From assembly GCA_965218435.1 (NCBI GenBank), contig CBDCKW010000009.1, forward strand, positions 3,616,001-3,680,000: a DNA stretch of 64,000 bases. Direction: 5' to 3'. Below are positions 29,683 through 39,214 of this stretch, in pieces. The stretch comes from Truepera sp. Its GTDB lineage: Bacteria > Deinococcota > Deinococci > Deinococcales > Trueperaceae. The stretch's first letter is position 1. Each line of letters opens with the position of its first letter. Under the pieces are notes generated by a model. The model had not been told where the DNA came from, ran no database searches, and saw only the letters and a program-made list of their open reading frames with translations. A program made the position numbers and the translations under genes.

Positions 29683-30024
29683 TTATGCTATAGCCTCCAA
29701 GTGATCCAAGTAGACATTTACAAGCTTATTATTTTCTAAAAGGCTTTCGACACGGGGCCAAACTTTTGCTAAATGGTTGTGAAAATCATTTAGCCGGAAA
29801 TTACCGAATCGTAAATGCGCGACTCTGGGAGGTGGATCGTTTATAAGCATACGCTCAGAGAAATCTGCATCTTTGGTCACAATAACTAGATCGTGCTGCA
29901 GCGCGTAGGCCCACAGATCAGTATCGCTTAGACTGGCTCCTAAGTCTCTGGCGTGGATCACGGGTAACAAGGGTGTAAAGCGAACTTTGCTCGGCAAATT
30001 TTCGTCTAACAAAAAGCCTGTCAA
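29683..30024 (-). CDS. DUF5615 PIN-like toxin
   Basis: FLLDENLP, SDTDLW.YA, IVTKDADF; coupled to DUF433. Confidence 0.85.
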   Translation of the reverse strand: MTGFLLDENLPSKVRFTPLLPVIHARDLGASLSDTDLWAYALQHDLVIVTKDADFSERMLINDPPPRVAHLRFGNFRLNDFHNHLAKVWPRVESLLENNKLVNVYLDHLEAIA

Positions 30025-30242
30025 GCAACCTTCTCGAGTGTAAACCGGTTGTCCATCAGCCTCGAGGCGTACTGCAAGCTCGCCTGCACATCTTCGCGCG
30101 TTAGTCCTGGATATTCGGCGAGCAAAGCTTCTATGCTGTCACCAGCACCCAAAAACTCGAGCAACGTATGAACCGTAATTCTGGTTCCCCGAATTGTCGG
30201 CCGTCCGTTACAGATGTCCGGGTCAAAGGTGATGCGTTTCAT
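30021..30242 (-). CDS. DUF433 antitoxin
   Basis: RITFDPDICNGRPTIRGTRITV...YPGLTREDV. Confidence 0.9.
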   Translation of the reverse strand: MKRITFDPDICNGRPTIRGTRITVHTLLEFLGAGDSIEALLAEYPGLTREDVQASLQYASRLMDNRFTLEKVA

Positions 30243-30513
30243 AGCTGGATTATAACGGACAGCTTTGCGCTTCGGCCAATATCACTGATCTCCCTCGTCC
30301 CTGTGTCGCCTCGGTTCGACCCGCTCGAGCCCTGCCTAACTCACGCTACGTTTCTTCTGTGGCACGTCTATACGGTCTGACCTAAGACCCAACCCATAGA
30401 CCTAAGTGGACGGACTATCTCGAGATTGCGCGGCGAGTCAGGTTTAACCTGCTTTATTCTGGTCTCACAGCCCAATTACTCAATCTAAGCGAGTACTGTG
30501 ATAGCCTCTGGTC

Positions 30514-31971
30514 GTGCCACGCGACAGCAGGCTGACGTTTGACCGGGGGACGCTCATTTTGCACCCGCCACCCAAAGGTAAGAGCTGGGTGGAGTTTGCC
30601 ACCTGGGACGACCGTATCGAAAAGTTTCGGCTGCCCGCGCTGCATTACCGTGAGTTTCTCGAGGCGATGCGTGCCGAGGGCGTCGCGGTCATGGACAAAG
30701 CCAAAGGATTTACCGACCTTACCCTCAATGTTGGGCTCGAGCAGACCCCTTTTCTGCATCAACAAGAGGCGCTCGTAGCCTGGAAACGGGCCGGACGGCG
30801 CGGCGTCGTGGTGTTGCCGACCGGTGCGGGGAAGACGTATGTGGCGCAGCTGGCGATGGAGGCAACCCCGCGCAGCACCCTCATTCTGGTTCCAACGCTC
30901 GACCTGATGCATCAGTGGTACGCGCACCTGACCGCCGCTTTCCCCGACGCCGAGGTCGGGCTGTTGGGTGGCGGCTCGAAAGACCGCACACCGATTTTGG
31001 TCTCGACGTATGACAGCGCCGCCATTCACGCCGAAACGTTGGGGAACCGCTACGGGTTACTTATCTTTGACGAGTGTCATCACCTGCCGAGCGAGTTTTA
31101 CCGGGTCGTGGCTGAGTATTCGTTGGCCCCTTACCGTTTGGGGCTTTCCGCTACCCCTGAACGCAGCGACGGTAAACACGAAACCCTGGACGCGCTGATT
31201 GGGCCGATCATCTACCGCAAAGAACCTGAAGAGTTGGCCGGGGGTGCGTTGGCCGAACACCGCGTGGTGCAGCTCAAGGTCAAGCTTTCCGCTGAAGAAC
31301 GCGCCCGCTACGACGCGTGTATTGCGACACGTAACGCCTTTTTAGGCAAACGTGGGATTCGGCTCGGGACTTTGGAGGGTTGGTCGTACTTTGTCCGTGA
31401 AAGCGCCCGTTCGTCAGAGGGCCGCGCCGCCATGCTCGCCCACCGCGAAGCGCGTACCCTAGCGTTTGGGACCGAAGGCAAACTGCGCGTCTTAGCTGAC
31501 CTGTTGGCACAACACTACGGTGACCGGACGCTCGTCTTTACCGACGATAATGCGACCGTTTACCGCGTGTCGCAAGACTTTTTGCTTCCGGCTATTACGC
31601 ATCAGACCAAAGTCAAAGAGCGGCACGACACGCTGACGAAGTTTCGTTCTGGCGAGTATCCGGTGCTCGTGACCTCGAAGGTCTTAAACGAAGGGGTAGA
31701 CGTACCCGAGGCAAAAGTTGCCATCGTGTTATCGGGGACGGGCTCGAGCCGTGAATACGTGCAGCGTTTGGGCCGGATTTTGCGTAAGGGTGAGGGCAAG
31801 CTGGCGCTCTTATACGAGGTGATTGCCGAAGATACGAGTGAAGAAGGGGTATCGAAACGGCGGCGGGAGCGGCCCGGTTCAGTTGCCACACAAAATGAGA
31901 AAACGCCGCCCCAGCGTACGCTCTTTGCCCCGATTACCGAGGGGGACGCGGTAGATCTCGATGAGCTTTAG
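30514..31971 (+). CDS. XPB/Ssl2-like SF2 DNA helicase
   Basis: HQQEAL, LPTGAGKT, FDECHH, GLSATPER, LNEGVDVP, QRLGRILR; adjacent to DUF790. Confidence 0.88.
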   Translation: MPRDSRLTFDRGTLILHPPPKGKSWVEFATWDDRIEKFRLPALHYREFLEAMRAEGVAVMDKAKGFTDLTLNVGLEQTPFLHQQEALVAWKRAGRRGVVVLPTGAGKTYVAQLAMEATPRSTLILVPTLDLMHQWYAHLTAAFPDAEVGLLGGGSKDRTPILVSTYDSAAIHAETLGNRYGLLIFDECHHLPSEFYRVVAEYSLAPYRLGLSATPERSDGKHETLDALIGPIIYRKEPEELAGGALAEHRVVQLKVKLSAEERARYDACIATRNAFLGKRGIRLGTLEGWSYFVRESARSSEGRAAMLAHREARTLAFGTEGKLRVLADLLAQHYGDRTLVFTDDNATVYRVSQDFLLPAITHQTKVKERHDTLTKFRSGEYPVLVTSKVLNEGVDVPEAKVAIVLSGTGSSREYVQRLGRILRKGEGKLALLYEVIAEDTSEEGVSKRRRERPGSVATQNEKTPPQRTLFAPITEGDAVDLDEL

Positions 31972-32069
31972 AGTGATACGGGTTCAGGACATTCAGTAAC
32001 GAGTTGTCACGGGGGACGTTATGACAAGAAACACAGAAGTAGAACTGCTGACAGGCGGGAGGAAAACCG

Positions 32070-33284
32070 ATGCTCCCGACTGAACTGCTGATGTTTCGTT
32101 ATAACGGCGAAGAGTTGGTCCCCAAACGTCTGAAACACGACAAGACGACGTTGACAACCGCGCAAGACATTATCGGACTTTTCGACCGGCACCGGGGGCA
32201 GCGGCGCGGCGAGTTGGACGAGCAGTTGGGGGTACTCGAGGGTGAAGCCACCGACTACCGCACGAAACGGGGCCTGGCGCATCTTTTACGGAGCGGGTTC
32301 AGCACCTTTGAAACCGTGAGCCCCGTAGAGCCGCCCCTCCTCCGTGAACGCGTTTTTTCCCTCGCCGCTGCCGGTTTGCCGAGCCCGCAAGCTGCCAAGG
32401 TGACCCTTGAACGCGCCGCTGCCGCCCTCAGCACCGAACTCGGGCGTGAAGTTCACCCGGAAGAGGTCACGCGCGGGCTCTACGCCGACCTTGCTGAAAA
32501 CCAGCGCCTCACAGCGTTTGAGCCGCCCGACCCGAAAGCTTTGGTAGACCGCTACAACCTCTCACAAGTACAGGGCGTCTTGTACCGCGCTCAGCGTGTC
32601 GTCATCAACGCGCACCGCAACGACCCCGGCGAATACAAGCTTTTGTTTCGTTACCTCAAACTGTTCGGCCTGATGAGCTATATCGAAGGGGACGCTGACC
32701 ACGGCTTTACTATCACCGTAGACGGCCCTGCGAGTCTTTTTCAGGGGAGCCCGCGTTACGGTTTGGCGCTCGCTAAGCTGTTACCCGCGCTGTTACACGT
32801 GACGCGCTGGAGTTTGGAAGCCGACCTCGTCCCCCGCACTTTATATGACGGCACCACGACGCCCGCGCGGTTTACCCTCGAGTCGGATTGCGGTTTGGTC
32901 TCGCACTATCCACCCGGTAAAACGTATGACAGCATGCTCGAGGCGTCGTTTGCCGAGCGTTGGAGCAAGGCAAAAACTGAGTGGCAGCTCGAGCGCGAAG
33001 TAGACTTGGTGAGCATCCCCGGCTCCGTGATGGTTCCCGATTTTCGCCTGGTTCACCCCGACGGGCGCTCGTTTCTCTTGGAGATTGTCGGCTACTGGCG
33101 ACCCGAATACCTCAAAAAGAAGTTTGCCCAAGTCAAAAAAGCTCTGCGCGATGACCTCATTTTGGCGGTCTCCGAAAAGCTCAATCTGGGCGGCGCAGGG
33201 ATTAAGCTAGACGACATCCCGGCGAAAATCGTCTGGTTTAAGGACAAGCTCATTCCCAAGTCGGTGTTGTCGCTGCTGCCTTAG
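32070..33284 (+). CDS. DUF790 / Bax1-like endonuclease
   Basis: LYADL.EN, RYNLSQVQG.LY, DGPASLF, YDS.LE..FA, PDF...LEIVGYWRPEYL.KK. Confidence 0.85.
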   Translation: MLPTELLMFRYNGEELVPKRLKHDKTTLTTAQDIIGLFDRHRGQRRGELDEQLGVLEGEATDYRTKRGLAHLLRSGFSTFETVSPVEPPLLRERVFSLAAAGLPSPQAAKVTLERAAAALSTELGREVHPEEVTRGLYADLAENQRLTAFEPPDPKALVDRYNLSQVQGVLYRAQRVVINAHRNDPGEYKLLFRYLKLFGLMSYIEGDADHGFTITVDGPASLFQGSPRYGLALAKLLPALLHVTRWSLEADLVPRTLYDGTTTPARFTLESDCGLVSHYPPGKTYDSMLEASFAERWSKAKTEWQLEREVDLVSIPGSVMVPDFRLVHPDGRSFLLEIVGYWRPEYLKKKFAQVKKALRDDLILAVSEKLNLGGAGIKLDDIPAKIVWFKDKLIPKSVLSLLP

Positions 33285-33343
33285 CAGCAGCTTTGGTAAG
33301 CTATTGGGAAACAACTACCCGTGCCCTTCGTATCATGACAATC

Positions 33344-35134
33344 ATGTCTCCATTTACCTACTCTGATTCAGAGCTCCAAGAACTAAAAATAGATGTCGGA
33401 ATACCTATTGAAGAAATTGGAGACTTCATCATCCACTTTGGACGCGCAGGTGAAAAGTGGAGAATTTCAAATGATCTGAAAAGGTCCCATCTCTACGACG
33501 TTCTAGCCGGACTTGTTTTTATGTCTTGGTTTCCTGACCAAACGGAGGTTTTTGGGCCTCTAGAGAAACTAAAAGAATACAGATTCCTCAATAATGGTTT
33601 GTTAGAGGATTCTGATGCGGATATGTTGAGGGGAGTCTTGAGGCATGTCAGCAGTCCTGCACTAAAGGCTCGAATCGGTGATGCTTTATGGAGTTTCAAG
33701 AAAGACCATAAGAGTGCTAGGACTGCGATTTCGTCGTATATGGACTATGCCAAATTGACCGATGACCTTGAACACTGGCGTGAACCAGTTCATGCATTAA
33801 CACGAGCCCTCGCTGTGGCAAAAAGTCTGGGTAGAAATGCGCCAGAAATCAATGAAGTCTTAGAGTACATCCAAGAGTGCGTAATTAGAGCGAATGCTCA
33901 AGACCCCTACTTTTATTCCAACCGACTTATCCGGCTGCTAACTGACAACGAGTATGGCGACTTGAATCAGCTTGGCAGTTTTGCCGAAAGGCTTGCGGTC
34001 AACGAAGAAAACAAGCTTGAACCAGCATGTGAACGAGCACAGCAACATTGGCAGTTGGCTTCGGACTGCTATCGCAACCTTGGGGATAAAGATAGAGAGC
34101 GTCAAGCAATAATCAACAGTGCAGAGACATGGGTAAAGGTGGCAGAGGTTGAGCTTCAACACCCTACACTAGCTCGTTTTCAAATCTCGGCTAAGTATGA
34201 GAGAGCAATCCACATTCTTCGAACTCTTCCAGATACTCAAGGTCGTGTAAACGAATTACGCCAAAAACTCCTCGAGGTACAGAGTGAGGCGAGAAAACAG
34301 ATGATCCCCTCAACGATTTCTCTCGAAAACGATCCTGAAGTTTTGAGACTTAGAGAAATGTCTATTAAAGCGGTAGATGAAGGAAACTTTTTTCACGCTC
34401 TTATTGCTCTTGCAAAACTGCATTTCTCTTCATCTCATCAAGATATGCTTGAGCAAGCAAAAGTGGCTCGAGAAAAATACTTGCTTCAAAGGTTATTCCC
34501 TACAAAGGTAGTTGATGCCTTTGGGCGAACTGTTGCTAATCCGCCACAAACTGAAGACGAGCAGCTCTTAGCAGACGTATTTCAGAATCAAAATCTGCTT
34601 CGCCAAAGTATTGTTGGGCTATCCATCGAACCTGCACGACAGGAAGTTGTACATGCCCATGTGTTCAGCATGAACGACTTGGCAATAATTCTTGACGGCA
34701 ATCCACTTATTCCATACGGGCATGAGTACTCAGTTGCAAAGGGCCTATTTGCTGGCTTGCAAGGTGATTTCTTCACGTCTTCACATATGTTAGTCCCACA
34801 ACTAGAAGCCACCTGTAGGCATTTACTTACAGTTCAAGGTGTATTCTCTTCAAAATACTCAAAAGATGGCGTTCAAGACGAAATAAGCCTCAACCGTATG
34901 ATTGAAGAGGAGCAGTATTCTTCGGCAATCTCAGCAGTTCTCGGCCAAGATACAGTGTATGACCTTCGTGGTCTTTTAGTTGATAGATTCGGAGCTAGTT
35001 TCAGGAACAATTTAGCGCACGGTCTTTTGCTTGATTATCAGTTGCAAAGTGCTGACAGTATTTATCTATGGCACATTTCGCTCAACATCTATAGTCGTCC
35101 ACTTATCTCATCAATAGGCAAGAAGAGTAATTAA
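33344..35134 (+). CDS. DUF4209-like protein with C-terminal HEPN-type RxxxxH motif, low GC
   Basis: Helical-repeat-like N-terminus; C-terminal H.LVPQLE...R and G..FRNNLAHGL. Start uncertain (33293-33344). Confidence 0.7.
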   Translation: MSPFTYSDSELQELKIDVGIPIEEIGDFIIHFGRAGEKWRISNDLKRSHLYDVLAGLVFMSWFPDQTEVFGPLEKLKEYRFLNNGLLEDSDADMLRGVLRHVSSPALKARIGDALWSFKKDHKSARTAISSYMDYAKLTDDLEHWREPVHALTRALAVAKSLGRNAPEINEVLEYIQECVIRANAQDPYFYSNRLIRLLTDNEYGDLNQLGSFAERLAVNEENKLEPACERAQQHWQLASDCYRNLGDKDRERQAIINSAETWVKVAEVELQHPTLARFQISAKYERAIHILRTLPDTQGRVNELRQKLLEVQSEARKQMIPSTISLENDPEVLRLREMSIKAVDEGNFFHALIALAKLHFSSSHQDMLEQAKVAREKYLLQRLFPTKVVDAFGRTVANPPQTEDEQLLADVFQNQNLLRQSIVGLSIEPARQEVVHAHVFSMNDLAIILDGNPLIPYGHEYSVAKGLFAGLQGDFFTSSHMLVPQLEATCRHLLTVQGVFSSKYSKDGVQDEISLNRMIEEEQYSSAISAVLGQDTVYDLRGLLVDRFGASFRNNLAHGLLLDYQLQSADSIYLWHISLNIYSRPLISSIGKKSN

Positions 35135-35201
35135 AAAATCTAAGCCACACCTCGAGCTTGGTTGTCGGCTCGAGCCTTGAACACTCTCTGATCGTGACTA
35201 C

Positions 35202-37034
35202 TTAATCGGCTGCGACCGCTTCCCCGCGAAACTGCTTCCGGTACAGCTCGGCGTAGACGCCGCCCTGCGCTAACAATTGCTCGTGCGTCCCCTGCTGGAC
35301 GGTGCGCCCCTCATCTAAGACGATAATCTGGTCGGCGTTACGCACCGTAGACAAGCGGTGCGCGATGACAAACGTGGTGCGACCCGCCATCAGCACGTCT
35401 AAAGCTTCTTGGACTAAAGATTCGGATTCGGAATCGAGCGAACTCGTCGCTTCGTCCAAGATCAAGATGCGGGGGTCTTTGAGAAGCGCCCGCGCAATCG
35501 CCACGCGTTGGCGCTGCCCACCGGAGAGCTTAATCCCGCGCTCGCCGACGACCGTTTCGTAACCTTCTGGAAACGCACGGATAAAGTCGTGGGCGTTGGC
35601 AGCTGCGGCTGCGGCTTCGACCTCTTCGTCGGCGGCGTCCGGCCGACCGTAACGGATGTTGTCGCGTACCGTCCCGGAAAAAAGCTGCGTCTCTTGCGGG
35701 ACGATGCCGATGTGGGCGCGGAGCTCGAGCTCACTCAGCTCACGCAAATCTACCCCGTCGAGCGTGATGCGTCCGGCGGTCGGATCGTAAAAGCGGGGGA
35801 TGAGTGTCACCAACGTGCTTTTGCCCGCCCCCGAAGGGCCGACGAGCGCGGTGACTTCGCCGGGTTGCGCCGTGAGCGCGATGTGGTGAAGGACAGCCCG
35901 TTTGCCGCGTTTGTCAAGCTCTTCACCGTCTTGAACGCTGCCGTAACGAAACGACACGTCTTCAAACTTGACCAGACCGCGTACCGACGTGAGAGCTTGG
36001 GGCGACGCTGGCGTGGGCAGGTCACTCTTTTCTTCTAACAGTTCAAAAATACGTTTGGACGCGCCCAAAGCCTCTTGAAACTGGCTGTAAAGCCCGGTGA
36101 GCGCACCTACTGCGCCCGCGACGAAGAGGGTATAGAGCAGAAACTGTACCAGCTGGCCGGGAGTCAACCCGCCGCTGTTGACCAGCCGTCCGCCCACGTA
36201 GAGCACCACGCTGATGGCGCTGAACATGGCAAAGATAATCCCTGAGAAAAACGCAGCCCGAAACGCCGCTCGTCTAAGAGCGATGTGGTACGACGCGTTG
36301 ATCAAGCTGCCGTAACGGGCGGCCTCGAGCCCCTCCGCCGTAAACGATTTGACCACCCGTACGCCGACAATCGCCTCTTCTGCGCTCGCGTTCGCCTCGG
36401 CGATGCGGTCTTGAAACTCGGTGCTGATAGCCCGCAGTTTACGCCCGAACGTACGCGCCCCGAACATCACGACCGGCACGACCAAGAGCATCAGTAAGGT
36501 CAGCTGCCAGTTGGTAACAAACAGTAAAACAATACTGCCGACCAAAAGCGCCCCCTGATTGACGAGCTGTGCCAGCGCCTGTGAGACCGCACCCTGCACC
36601 ACCGACGCGTCCGAGGTCAGGCGTGAAGTGATCTCTCCGGTACGGCGCGTTTCAAAAAAGCGAATCGGCAACGCCATCAGGTGGGCGTACAAATCTCGGC
36701 GGAGGTCGGCAACGACGCCTTCGCCAACTTGCGCGATCATATAGGTCCGTAAAAAGTTAAACGCGGCCTGGACTAAAAAGATACCCAGCAAAATGGCGAC
36801 AATTCGGTTGAGGTTTAAGCTGGCCCCTTGTCCCGAAGCGATAAAGGTATCGAAAAAACGCCGGACGACCTGCGGCACCGCGAGAGACAGGAGGCTTGCG
36901 ACTCCTACAGCCACCATCCCGACCACAAGCTGCACACGGTAGGGGCGAGTATAAGCGAACAGTTTACGGAGCTGGCCAAAGTCTGAAAATGATCCTTTGG
37001 TTTCGCCTTTGGAGGAGATAGTACGGCGCATCAT
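35202..37034 (-). CDS. ABC exporter, fused permease/ATPase (MsbA-like)
   Basis: TGEITSRLTSD, GPSGAGKST, LSGGQRQRVAIAR, ILDEATSSLD, IAHRLST. Confidence 0.92.
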   Translation of the reverse strand: MMRRTISSKGETKGSFSDFGQLRKLFAYTRPYRVQLVVGMVAVGVASLLSLAVPQVVRRFFDTFIASGQGASLNLNRIVAILLGIFLVQAAFNFLRTYMIAQVGEGVVADLRRDLYAHLMALPIRFFETRRTGEITSRLTSDASVVQGAVSQALAQLVNQGALLVGSIVLLFVTNWQLTLLMLLVVPVVMFGARTFGRKLRAISTEFQDRIAEANASAEEAIVGVRVVKSFTAEGLEAARYGSLINASYHIALRRAAFRAAFFSGIIFAMFSAISVVLYVGGRLVNSGGLTPGQLVQFLLYTLFVAGAVGALTGLYSQFQEALGASKRIFELLEEKSDLPTPASPQALTSVRGLVKFEDVSFRYGSVQDGEELDKRGKRAVLHHIALTAQPGEVTALVGPSGAGKSTLVTLIPRFYDPTAGRITLDGVDLRELSELELRAHIGIVPQETQLFSGTVRDNIRYGRPDAADEEVEAAAAAANAHDFIRAFPEGYETVVGERGIKLSGGQRQRVAIARALLKDPRILILDEATSSLDSESESLVQEALDVLMAGRTTFVIAHRLSTVRNADQIIVLDEGRTVQQGTHEQLLAQGGVYAELYRKQFRGEAVAAD

Positions 37035-37144
37035 CGCCCCTAAGTTTACGCCCCTGCGCAAGCGGCTTACGTTGCGGCGGTGCATACCTAAGCTGGCTAA
37101 ACCCAACGTTCAAGCTCATCTTGGTGCAATTGCCCTAACACAAC

Positions 37145-37170
37145 AAAAAAAGAGCGGAGCCGTGCTCCGC
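37145..37170 (-). terminator. Intrinsic terminator of the sugar ABC operon
   Basis: GCGGAGC-N3-GCTCCGC stem followed by a T7 tract on the minus strand. Confidence 0.75.
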
Positions 37171-37195
37171 CCTAAAAGCGTACTGAGAATGTCGC

Positions 37196-38041
37196 TTAGC
37201 CTTTGACCGCCCCGGCCGTAAGGCCGTCAACGATACGAGCCTGAAAGATAAGGACGAGAATCACCAGCGGAATCGAGACGAGCACCGACGCCGCCATAAT
37301 TTCGCCGAACGGTTCTTGCCGCGCAATTCGCCCTGACAGCTGAGCAATGGCGACCGGCACCGTTTGCGACGGTTTGTCAAACGCCGTAAAGGTTAACGCA
37401 AACAGATATTCGTTCCACGCACCGATAAAAGCCAGCAACCCGGTGGTGACGAGTGCGGGCGCGGTCAGCGGCAATAGCACCCGCCAAAACGTCTGCATCA
37501 TGTTAGCCCCGTCAACCTGCGCGGCTTGGAGAAGCGAGTCGGGTAACGTGCGGAAAAAAGCTGTCAAAACCCATACCGTAAAGGGTAAAGAAAAGAGCAG
37601 ATAGGTCAGGATCAGACTCAGCGTCGTCGGCAGGTGGAGAAAGCGGATAACCGCGTAAAGACCTGAAAGAATCGCAATCTGCGGAAACATAGTCATCGAT
37701 AAGATAACGTAGAGCGAAATGTCTTTACCGCGAAAGCGCAGTTTGCCGAGCGCATAAGCGGCGAACGAACCTACGAGGAGCGCCAGCAAGGTAGTCATAC
37801 CGGCAACAATGACGCTGTTAAGTAAACCACGTAAAAAAGCTGGATTACCGAGTACGGCCTGAAAGTTGATCAGTGTGGGGTTGGTCGGCCACAGTGTCGC
37901 TGGGGTTTGAAAAAGCTCCCGCTCAGACTTGAGAGCAGAAACAACTGCCCAGTAAAACGGAAACATTAGATAGATAAAGATAACGACGACGAAAATCCAG
38001 AAGAAAATTCGGCCCCATGGCGACTTTTTAGTTGCGGTCAT
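37196..38041 (-). CDS. Carbohydrate ABC permease (MalG/ThuG-like)
   Basis: FPFYW, AAYALGKL.FRGK, QAAQVDGA, FIGAWNEYLFALTF. Confidence 0.9.
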   Translation of the reverse strand: MTATKKSPWGRIFFWIFVVVIFIYLMFPFYWAVVSALKSERELFQTPATLWPTNPTLINFQAVLGNPAFLRGLLNSVIVAGMTTLLALLVGSFAAYALGKLRFRGKDISLYVILSMTMFPQIAILSGLYAVIRFLHLPTTLSLILTYLLFSLPFTVWVLTAFFRTLPDSLLQAAQVDGANMMQTFWRVLLPLTAPALVTTGLLAFIGAWNEYLFALTFTAFDKPSQTVPVAIAQLSGRIARQEPFGEIMAASVLVSIPLVILVLIFQARIVDGLTAGAVKG

Positions 38042-39132
38042 TCTGTGTCCACCCTTAAAAGACGAATGTATAAAAAGGCGAAGGCGAAGAGAACGATAAA
38101 GATGATTACGCTCGTTGCAGAGGAAAAACCCATCTCTCTAGCACTGATCAGCTGGAAATAAGCAAAGCTCGCCATCGATTCCCGACTTTCGCCGTACATA
38201 ATCTGGAACGCGTCGAAGATACGGAGCGAATCGAGCGTACGAAAGACCAAAGCGACGGCGAGCGTCGGGGTAAGTAGCGGCAGCGTCATCGAGAAAAACT
38301 GTTGTATCTTGCTTGCGCCGTCAATTTCAGCAGCTTCGTAAAGGTCGCTGGGGATGGTGGCAAGTCCGGCTAAGAGCAAGAGCGCCATAAACGGGGTAGT
38401 TTTCCAGACTTCCATAGCGATGATGCTAGGGACCTGATACTTTGGGTCACCGGTCCAGTCAACGAACCCGCTACTCAGGCCAAATCGGTTAAAGAGGGCG
38501 TTAAAAAACCCTTTACGGTCAGGGGCCAACATCCATTCCCAGATACGGGTTGAAACGACGGTGATAATCGCCCACGGCACTAACATTGCGGCGCGCATGA
38601 CGCCGCGGCCAAAAAACTTTGCGGCGAGCACCAGAGCAATCGCCATGCCCAAAAGGGCCTCGAGCGCCACTGCGATGACCGCGACAAAGACGGTATCACC
38701 CACAGCGTGAATAAAGTCGGCGTCTGCGGCCCCTAAAACGTAGCGTTTACCGCCGAGGTTAAACTCGGTGAGTTCACCGTAGCGGCGTGGTGAGCGGGGC
38801 AGAATCCGGAAAGGGTTTTGGTACTGTATCTGACCGTTTTCAACAACTGGCTGACCACTGTCGTCAAGTTCGGGCGGCAGCTCGCGGATGGTAAAACTCA
38901 GCAGGTCGCGGTAGTTCGACCAACCGACAAACTCGGTGGTTGCGCCAGGGTCGGCGAAGCGGGCATTGGTAAAGCTCAGATAAAAAACCTGACCTAGCGG
39001 ATAGATTGCCAGCAAAAATAACATAGCAAAGGTAGGGAGAAGGAGCCAAAGTGCGGTGCGCTCTTCTGAGCGGGCCAGCTCCGAAGTGTGCTGAGGAGTT
39101 TTAGTGACCGTAACAGGATTTGCTTGAGCCAC
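38038..39132 (-). CDS. Carbohydrate ABC permease (MalF/ThuF-like)
   Basis: FVGWSNY, PWAI, VWKTTPFMALLLLAGL, LYEAAEIDGA. Confidence 0.9.
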   Translation of the reverse strand: MAQANPVTVTKTPQHTSELARSEERTALWLLLPTFAMLFLLAIYPLGQVFYLSFTNARFADPGATTEFVGWSNYRDLLSFTIRELPPELDDSGQPVVENGQIQYQNPFRILPRSPRRYGELTEFNLGGKRYVLGAADADFIHAVGDTVFVAVIAVALEALLGMAIALVLAAKFFGRGVMRAAMLVPWAIITVVSTRIWEWMLAPDRKGFFNALFNRFGLSSGFVDWTGDPKYQVPSIIAMEVWKTTPFMALLLLAGLATIPSDLYEAAEIDGASKIQQFFSMTLPLLTPTLAVALVFRTLDSLRIFDAFQIMYGESRESMASFAYFQLISAREMGFSSATSVIIFIVLFAFAFLYIRLLRVDTE

Positions 39133-39158
39133 AGTCGTGACCCCTTTCTAAAGAAATC

Positions 39159-39189
39159 TTGCCGGACGCTCACGCTGAGGGTCCGGCAA
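39159..39189 (-). terminator. Intercistronic stem-loop after the sugar-binding protein gene
   Basis: TTGCCGGAC.CTCA-cgc-TGAG.GTCCGGCAA. Confidence 0.65.
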
Positions 39190-39214
39190 CAATCTAAGAC
39201 ATAGTATAGTGATG

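Noticed and set aside
26366..31971. OLD plus downstream helicase as a Gabija system
   Set aside because: The helicase is SF2 XPB-like rather than UvrD, is separated by four genes, differs in GC and is paired with DUF790
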